Of a stretch of DNA of 41,247 nucleotides, positions 34,971 through 41,247 are shown in pieces. Source of the stretch: an uncultured Gammaproteobacteria bacterium (lineage in GTDB: Bacteria > Patescibacteriota > Patescibacteriia > UBA11705 > JABHMO01); assembly GCA_964434235.1 (NCBI GenBank), contig CAYSUN010000004.1, forward strand, positions 1 through 41,247, in the 5' to 3' direction. The position numbers and the translations under genes are program-made. Every line of letters starts with the position of its first letter. Position 1 is the first letter of the stretch. Under the pieces are notes generated by a model that saw only the letters and a list, made by a program, of their open reading frames with translations, was not told the origin of the DNA and ran no database searches.

Positions 34971-37835
34971 ATGCCAATTTCACAACTAAGAGTAGTTCAT
35001 CATCGTCCAGATGGTGGTAATTCAAAAAAATTTTCAAAGAAGAAGTGGAAGAAAAAATTTAAGTTTTTATTTAAAAAAGCTATTTATTTAGGTTTAATTT
35101 TGTTTTTTATATTTGTTATCTATTTAATTGGAGCTTTTGCTTGGTATTCAAGAAGTTTACCAGATCCAAACAAAATTCTAGAAAGAAATTTAGCTCAAAG
35201 CACAAAGATTTATGATCGTAACGAAGAGGAAATACTTTATGATGTGTATGGAGCGGAAAAAAGAACTTTAGTAAAATTGGAAGAAATACCTTTGTATGTA
35301 CAGCAAGCAACAATTTCGGCTGAAGATAAGCATTTTTATGAGCATAATGGATTTAATTTATTGGCCATGCTTAAGGGGACTATTATTGATCCACTTCTTG
35401 GTAGACGTGCTCGCGGAGGATCGACTTTAACTCAGCAGTTTGTAAAAAATGCAATTTTAACCAATGAAAGAAAAATTTCTAGAAAAATAAAAGAATTTAT
35501 TTTGTCTTATAAAATTGAAAAAGCTTTTAGTAAAGATGAAATTTTACAAATGTATTTGAATGAAATTCCTTATGGTTCAGTAGCTTATGGTATTCAATCA
35601 GCCAGTCAAACGTTTTTGAATAAAAATGTTCAAGATTTAACGCTTGGGGAATCGGCCGTACTAGTTGCTTTACCCCAAGCTCCTACTTATTATTCACCAT
35701 TTGGTTCTCACGTTGATGAACTGTTTGTTCGTCAGGGTTATGTTCTTGATCAAATGGTTAAGAATGGATACATAACAGAGGAACAGGCCAAGTCTGCTTC
35801 TGAAGAGGATATTAAATTTGCTCTAAAAAAACAATCTATAACTGCTCCACATTTTGTTATGTACATAAAGGAGCTTTTGAGTGAAAAATTGGGGGATGAT
35901 TTAGTTGAAACTGGTGGCTTGAAAGTGGTTACCACTTTAGATTTAGAGATGCAAAAAGTAGCAGAAGAAGCAGTGGTTACGGGAGTAGAAGGTAAGGGTG
36001 AATATTATAAATTTCATAATGCAGCCTTGGTGGCAAATGATCCAAAGACTGGACAGATTTTAGCTATGGTTGGTTCAAAAGATTATTTTGATTTGGAAAA
36101 TGACGGAAATGTAAATGTAACTTTGAGTTTACGACAACCGGGGTCATCAATGAAACCATTGATTTATTTAGCAGCTTTTCAATTGGGCTATACACCAAAC
36201 ACAATACTTTATGATGTTGAAACAACATTTAAAACTGATACTAAAGATTATCATCCGTTAAATTACGATTTAGCTGAACGTGGGCCAGTCACAATTAGAA
36301 AAGCTTTACAAGGCTCTCTCAATATTCCAGCTGTAAAAGCAATTTATCTTGTTGGGGTACAAAAAGTTATTGATATGCTTGAACTTTTTGGTTATACCAC
36401 TTTTGGTGATCGATCTCGCTTTGGTTTATCTCTTGTTCTTGGTGGTGGTGAAGTTCAACTTTTGGAACACGTAGGAGCTTATGGAACTTTAGCTAATCAA
36501 GGTGTTTATCATGAGCCCGTTGGCATACTTCGAGTGGAAGATAGTAAGGGCAATGTTTTGCTAGAGTACAAAGAAAAGAAAAGAAAAGTTATGGATCCAG
36601 ATTTAGTTAATACTTTAACAAATGTTTTATCTGACGATGCTTCCCGCGCTTATGTTTTTGGTGAAGGTGGTTATTTAACATTACCAGGAAGATCTGTAGC
36701 TGCGAAAACTGGAACAACAAATGATTATCGGGATGCTTGGACTATCGGTTATACACCATCTTTAGTTGCTGGTGTTTGGGTTGGTAATAATGATAATTCA
36801 TCAATGCGTAGTGGCGCAGCTGGTGGTGTGGTGGCAGCTCCGATTTGGCAGAATTTTATGAAAAATGCGTTGAAGGATAAACCGGTTGAGGGATTTCCAG
36901 CCGTTGAAATAGAAAAAACAGGTAAACCTATTTTAGACGGAGAAATTTCAGGAGAATCAGTTGTACGAATAGATAAATTTTCTGGTAAGTTAGCAACAGA
37001 AAGTACACCAGAGAGTGCAGTTGAAGAAAAGATTTTTCGGGATGCTCATTCTATTTTACATTATGTTTATAAAGATGATCCACGAGGAGGAGTGCCAGAA
37101 GATCCGAATACAGCCGACCCAGCTTATCAATATTGGGAAGTAGGTGTGCAAGAATGGTTGAATAAACAAGCAGAAAATAATTCAGGAAATTCGGAGTTTG
37201 TATTGGAAGCTCCGCCAACTGAATATGACGATGTGCATAAGGAAGAAAATAAACCAACTATTTTTATAACAAATCCTAGTAATAATATGACAATTAATTC
37301 TGGGATTTTAACGGCTACAATTAATGTTTCTGCTCCAAGGGGCGTGCGTCGAGTTGAATATTATTTAGATAATGCTTTAATCCAAACAAAAACAACAACT
37401 CCGTTCAGTTTGAACTATTCATTAAGTAGTTATTTTGTTAAAGGTTACCACACACTTCGAGCAGTAGCCTTTGACGATGTTGACAACAGTAATGAAGCGC
37501 AAGTAGAAGTTAATGTTTTATTAGACGTACAAGAACCAAATGTTGTTTGGCAAAATTTATCTAATGGCCAAGTAATCAACAGCGGAGATATGCCAATTCA
37601 AGTTAGGTTTCAATTAACAGATCTTTTAGCTAGTAGAAAAGTAAATATCATGCAAAGGCAAGTTTCTTCAGGTCAAATAAATATGGTTTCCAGTTTAATC
37701 TTACCTCAAATAACGGATGTAAGTTTTTCTTTGGAGGAGATTTTTGAAAAAGGTGAATACGAACTTTTTGCAGAAATTGTAGACCCAAATGGTAGTAAAT
37801 ATAATTCTGATGGTGTTAATTTCTTTGTTCAGTAA
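34971..37835 (+). CDS. Class A penicillin-binding protein (PBP1A: glycosyltransferase GT51 plus transpeptidase) with a C-terminal Ig-like extension
   Basis: ISAEDKHFYEHNGFN and RGGSTLTQQ are GT51 motifs. SSMKP, SLN and KTGT are transpeptidase motifs. Confidence 0.9.
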   Translation: MPISQLRVVHHRPDGGNSKKFSKKKWKKKFKFLFKKAIYLGLILFFIFVIYLIGAFAWYSRSLPDPNKILERNLAQSTKIYDRNEEEILYDVYGAEKRTLVKLEEIPLYVQQATISAEDKHFYEHNGFNLLAMLKGTIIDPLLGRRARGGSTLTQQFVKNAILTNERKISRKIKEFILSYKIEKAFSKDEILQMYLNEIPYGSVAYGIQSASQTFLNKNVQDLTLGESAVLVALPQAPTYYSPFGSHVDELFVRQGYVLDQMVKNGYITEEQAKSASEEDIKFALKKQSITAPHFVMYIKELLSEKLGDDLVETGGLKVVTTLDLEMQKVAEEAVVTGVEGKGEYYKFHNAALVANDPKTGQILAMVGSKDYFDLENDGNVNVTLSLRQPGSSMKPLIYLAAFQLGYTPNTILYDVETTFKTDTKDYHPLNYDLAERGPVTIRKALQGSLNIPAVKAIYLVGVQKVIDMLELFGYTTFGDRSRFGLSLVLGGGEVQLLEHVGAYGTLANQGVYHEPVGILRVEDSKGNVLLEYKEKKRKVMDPDLVNTLTNVLSDDASRAYVFGEGGYLTLPGRSVAAKTGTTNDYRDAWTIGYTPSLVAGVWVGNNDNSSMRSGAAGGVVAAPIWQNFMKNALKDKPVEGFPAVEIEKTGKPILDGEISGESVVRIDKFSGKLATESTPESAVEEKIFRDAHSILHYVYKDDPRGGVPEDPNTADPAYQYWEVGVQEWLNKQAENNSGNSEFVLEAPPTEYDDVHKEENKPTIFITNPSNNMTINSGILTATINVSAPRGVRRVEYYLDNALIQTKTTTPFSLNYSLSSYFVKGYHTLRAVAFDDVDNSNEAQVEVNVLLDVQEPNVVWQNLSNGQVINSGDMPIQVRFQLTDLLASRKVNIMQRQVSSGQINMVSSLILPQITDVSFSLEEIFEKGEYELFAEIVDPNGSKYNSDGVNFFVQ

Positions 37836-37872
37836 AAGTATTTTTCGTATATAGAAATTTTTGAAAAATAAA

Positions 37873-37905
37873 AGCCCCTTACTTTTTGAAAGTAGGGGGT
37901 TTTGG
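37873..37905. terminator. Bidirectional hairpin terminator (ccccttac-tttttgaaa-gtaggggg) between the convergent PBP and 37927..38454 genes
   Basis: Read directly. Confidence 0.55.
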
Positions 37906-37926
37906 TCTATGTTTTTTAACTTTTCT

Positions 37927-38454
37927 TTAGTGAGATCTTGCCATAATGAACAGGCTTGGTCGTTTCCACTTGAAGTGAAGGATGCTTTTCGGTTTGAGAT
38001 ACCTATTTTGACGCAAGAACCATTCGAGAGCGTCTTCAATCACCTGACGATTGAGGTCACTCGCTTTCGTGATAATGTTCGGGCAACCGTTCTTCAAATC
38101 CTGATCATCCAGAATCACGTAGTCAGCCCCAGCTTCGAGTTCAGCCTTGGCAGATTCATAAGTCTGAATGGTCCAGGAGTAGCTGTCAATCATAGACTGG
38201 TGGTGAACTTCGAACTTGATGTCACAGAATTCCACCAATTCACTTTCTTCGGTCTGAATCTTTGCCAGATGTTCGTCTCGCATCTCTTTGTTGTGTGCCA
38301 GGTCATTTTCCAGGTGGGTATAGCTGATAATGCAAGGTCCGTAACGCCTAGTCTTGCGACGATCCTTAAAAATCAACCAAATATCTTCCCAGGGAGTAGT
38401 GTGCTGTGCATCTATGGCGCAGTAGGACATAGAAATAACACGAATAGATTTCAT
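37927..38454 (-). CDS. Hypothetical 175-aa protein. Possibly a 2H-phosphoesterase-superfamily (LigT/ThpR-like) enzyme, based on two H-x-T/S-x motifs.
   Basis: Strong RBS AAGGAGGG. Motifs QHTT (about residue 18) and HHQS (about residue 94), LigT-like size, GC-rich. The overlapping + strand ORF 37861..38484 is rejected. Confidence 0.35.
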   Translation of the reverse strand: MKSIRVISMSYCAIDAQHTTPWEDIWLIFKDRRKTRRYGPCIISYTHLENDLAHNKEMRDEHLAKIQTEESELVEFCDIKFEVHHQSMIDSYSWTIQTYESAKAELEAGADYVILDDQDLKNGCPNIITKASDLNRQVIEDALEWFLRQNRYLKPKSILHFKWKRPSLFIMARSH

Positions 38455-38475
38455 AGTTTCCCTCCTTATGGTTAT

Positions 38476-38520
38476 TTACCATAAGAAAGAGTCGTAGATG
38501 TAGATAAAGATTTCTTTCAT
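38476..38520 (-). CDS. Putative 14-aa leader peptide MKEIFIYIYDSFLW. Its stop lies inside a hairpin that also contains the RBS of the downstream gene.
   Basis: RBS AAGGAGA 6 nt before the ATG. The palindrome ccttatggt-tattt-accataagg (38465..38487) covers the leader stop (tggtaa) and the main-gene RBS. Confidence 0.4.
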   Translation of the reverse strand: MKEIFIYIYDSFLW

Positions 38521-38707
38521 GTTTTGTCTCCTTGTAACTAGTTAATGAACAATTTACTAAATAGATTATCTTATTTGTTAAAATTTGTCAACAGTTTATC
38601 CATTGTTGGCTAAAGAAAATTTTGCTATAATAACAACAGAATTCTTAGTTGGAAAAGGGTTGATAGAAAGTCGAAAATGGTTATAGAAATTGGAAAATTG
38701 AAAATAG

Positions 38708-39109
38708 ATGGAAGAAAAAACAACTATTAAATCATTCCAAGATTTTCGAGCTTATCAAAATTTGTATAAGGCAATGCTTATTGTCCACAAGGAAATAGTA
38801 ATTAAATTACCCAGTGATGAAAAATTTGACTTAGTTTCTCAAATGAAAAGAGCGTCAAAAGCTGGGCCAGCCTTATTAGCGGAAGGTTTTTCAAAAAGAT
38901 ACCAAGAAAAAAATTGGGGAAAATATCTGAACGATACACTTGGTGAAGCTAATGAAATGATACATCATTTATCTGTTTGTATTGATATATATGCTTCTTG
39001 TGTTGATATTAATCAATGCAAAGAAGTAATTGATATATATGATCTAGCCTGTAGACAAACAACAAAACTCAAACAAGCGTGGGTTAATTTTCACAAGAAG
39101 AACGATTAA
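38708..39109 (+). CDS. Four-helix-bundle protein ('23S rRNA IVS protein' family), third intact copy
   Basis: …FDLVSQMKRASKAGPALLAEGFSKR… Flanked by imperfect inverted repeats (38666..38711 versus 39121..39260). Confidence 0.75.
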   Translation: MEEKTTIKSFQDFRAYQNLYKAMLIVHKEIVIKLPSDEKFDLVSQMKRASKAGPALLAEGFSKRYQEKNWGKYLNDTLGEANEMIHHLSVCIDIYASCVDINQCKEVIDIYDLACRQTTKLKQAWVNFHKKND

Positions 39110-39120
39110 TATATTAAAAA

Positions 39121-39260
39121 CTATTTTCTATTTTCCTTTATCATCTAAACTAATCTCTATTTTCCAACAACCAATTTCAAATAAATAACGTAAGTGAGTT
39201 AAGGACTATTTTCTATTTTCCTTTATCTAAACTAATTTCCATTTTCCAATAACTAATTTC
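39121..39260 (+). repeat. Two about 55-bp direct repeats (ctattttctattttcctttatc…ccaa(c/t)aac(c/t)aatttc) separated by about 28 bp, upstream of smc
   Basis: Read directly. Confidence 0.6.
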
Positions 39261-39269
39261 TATAAGAAA

Positions 39270-41247
39270 ATGTATTTACAAAGACTAGAAATTCAAGGAT
39301 TTAAATCTTTTGCCAAAAAGACAGTTTTTGAGTTTTCTGGCAAGTCTAATCATGATGATAACGCTAAAAGCATTACAGCAGTAGTTGGTCCAAATGGTTC
39401 CGGAAAATCAAATGTGGCAGATTCTATCCATTGGGTGCTTGGGGAACAAAGCTTAAAACTTATTCGTTGTAAAAAAGCTGATGATGTGATTTTTGGTGGT
39501 AGTGAAACAAAAGCTAGACAAGGTTTTGCTGAAGTTTCTTTGGTGATGAACAATGAAGACAAAGAATTGCCAATTGATTATTCAGAAGTTGTTATTACTC
39601 GTCGAGTTTATCGAAATGGAGAAACAGAGTATTTATTAAATAAAAATAAAGTTAGGCTTTATGATATTTTGATACTTTTAGCTAAAGCAAATTTTGGACA
39701 AAAAAGTTACAGTATCGTTGGGCAAGGTATGGTTGATCATATTATTAATATTTCTGCTTTTGAAAGAAAAGATTTTTTCGACGAAGCCACTGGGGTAAAA
39801 CAATATCAAATAAAAAGAGACCAATCAGTTAATCGGTTGCGTCGTTCAAGAGAGAATTTGGAACAAACTAATAAAATTTTAGCTGAACTTGAACCACGTC
39901 TTAGACTTTTAACAAAACAAATCAAAAAATTAGAAAAAAGAAAAGAAGTTGAAACTCAATTAAAGGAACAACAAAAAAGATACTATGGTTTTATTTGGCA
40001 AAATCTAAAAAGAGATAGAAAATTACAAGAAGAAAAATTCAGCGTTAAAGATGCGCTTAAGCGTGATTTGGAACAAAAATTAGAAATTTTACAAACCAAA
40101 TTAGCCACTATCGCTAGGGCTGAATCAAGAAAAGATATTTTTAATAATTTACAAAAAGATTACAATAAATTGCAAACTGAAAAGAATGAACTTTTAAGTG
40201 AGATGTCAGTTATTAAAGGAAAAATGAATTTAGAATATGTAAAACTTGGTAAACAAAATTTGTCTTGGTTAGAAAATAAAAAAGAAGAATTAGCCAGAAG
40301 AATTAGCGAGATAAAAGAAAGTTTAAATAATTTAGATAATCGTCTTGCTCATAAACAGCAAAGTTTGAAAGAATATGAAGAAAAGGTTTATCAAATTAGC
40401 GAAGAATTAACAGTTTTTAATAATAATTTACAAATTGCTGAGGACGATTTACAGAAAGCTAAAAATGGTCATCGTTCTAATGGTAATGTTGAAGCAGTAA
40501 AAGCGATTTTAAGGCAAAAAGATTATATTAAGGGAATATATGGCACGATTGCTCAGCTTGGAAGCGTTGGTGCTGATTATGAGACAGCCTTGGCCACTGC
40601 AGCTGGAGCTAGATTGCTTTCAGTTGTTGTGCAAACTGATGAAGTCGCTGTTAAGTGTATTGAATATTTGAAAAAAAATAAATTAGGTAGCGTGACATTT
40701 TTACCTTTGAATAAAATTCAGGGTTATGCACCTAAAGCTGAAAGCCGCAAGTTACTTGAAGAAACTGGTGCTATTGGCTTTGCTCTAGATCTTGTGGCAT
40801 TTGATGATAAGTACAAAAAAGCTTTTCAATTTGTTTTTGGTTCTACTATTGTTGTTGATAATATTGAACATGCTCGGCAAGTTGGCGTTGGTCAAGAGCG
40901 AATGGTGACTTTGTCTGGTGACTTGGTTGAAAAATCTGGAGCCATGCGAGGTGGTTATAATCAAGGATTTAATACTCGTTGGAACACAGTTGACCAAAAT
41001 GGAAGGTTCGCTTCCCAAGAAGAAAAATTACAAGAAATAGCTATTTTAAAACAAAGGATTACAGAGCAAACAAGACAAAAACAAAATTATTTTGAACAGA
41101 TTAATGATTTACGAATTGAAATTCAGGTTGATACCACCAAGAAAAAAGGTTTAGACAATGATTTTGAAAATTTAAGCAAAGAAAAAAATAAGATTGATGA
41201 AGAAATATCTGATAATCAAGTTGATCCAAAGGACCAAGATAAACTTT
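39270..41247 (+). CDS. smc: Chromosome segregation protein SMC (N-terminal head, coiled coil and hinge; it runs off the window end)
   Basis: MYLQRLEIQGFKSFAKKTVFEFS…ITAVVGPNGSGKSNVADSIHWVLGEQS is a Walker A motif. The hinge is GSVGADYETALATAAGARL. Confidence 0.9.
   Translation, partial: MYLQRLEIQGFKSFAKKTVFEFSGKSNHDDNAKSITAVVGPNGSGKSNVADSIHWVLGEQSLKLIRCKKADDVIFGGSETKARQGFAEVSLVMNNEDKELPIDYSEVVITRRVYRNGETEYLLNKNKVRLYDILILLAKANFGQKSYSIVGQGMVDHIINISAFERKDFFDEATGVKQYQIKRDQSVNRLRRSRENLEQTNKILAELEPRLRLLTKQIKKLEKRKEVETQLKEQQKRYYGFIWQNLKRDRKLQEEKFSVKDALKRDLEQKLEILQTKLATIARAESRKDIFNNLQKDYNKLQTEKNELLSEMSVIKGKMNLEYVKLGKQNLSWLENKKEELARRISEIKESLNNLDNRLAHKQQSLKEYEEKVYQISEELTVFNNNLQIAEDDLQKAKNGHRSNGNVEAVKAILRQKDYIKGIYGTIAQLGSVGADYETALATAAGARLLSVVVQTDEVAVKCIEYLKKNKLGSVTFLPLNKIQGYAPKAESRKLLEETGAIGFALDLVAFDDKYKKAFQFVFGSTIVVDNIEHARQVGVGQERMVTLSGDLVEKSGAMRGGYNQGFNTRWNTVDQNGRFASQEEKLQEIAILKQRITEQTRQKQNYFEQINDLRIEIQVDTTKKKGLDNDFENLSKEKNKIDEEISDNQVDPKDQDKL

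Noticed and set aside
37861-38484. 207-aa + strand ORF overlapping 37927..38454
   Set aside because: The minus-strand gene has a strong RBS and leader arrangement. The plus ORF has no RBS and is an antisense artefact of a GC-rich gene.

Overview
This is a low-GC (~30%) bacterial chromosome segment spanning the replication origin. The origin-proximal genes run dnaN – oriC-like intergenic region – dnaA – rpmH … rnpA – yidD, with tRNA-Leu and tRNA-Gly upstream. Ribosome-binding sites are mostly weak, four-helix-bundle ('23S rRNA IVS') genes are abundant, and there is an array of VirB2/TrbC-like pilins. Together these suggest a Patescibacteria/CPR-type genome; that is inference, not a database result.

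Housekeeping genes in the window are galU, yebC, ruvC, a class A PBP, an RRM RNA-binding protein and the 5' part of smc. The accessory content includes:
- a three-gene glycan cassette (GT2, GT-C-like membrane protein, SAM methyltransferase) inserted between rpmH and rnpA;
- a GC-rich flotillin/NfeD operon;
- a Wzx-like flippase and an O-antigen-ligase-like gene;
- a NUDIX gene beside a tandem triplet of overlapping small zinc-ribbon genes;
- nine tandem VirB2/TrbC-like pilin paralogs with a conserved C-terminal core and hypervariable N-terminal regions;
- a PKD–multi-TM membrane protein followed by three RimK-like ATP-grasp ligases, one fused to a retropepsin-like protease.

Several families of small structured repeats occur, and one of them has an 'empty site' inside the window.

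All coordinates and functions below were derived by reading the sequence by eye. No searches or computations were run.
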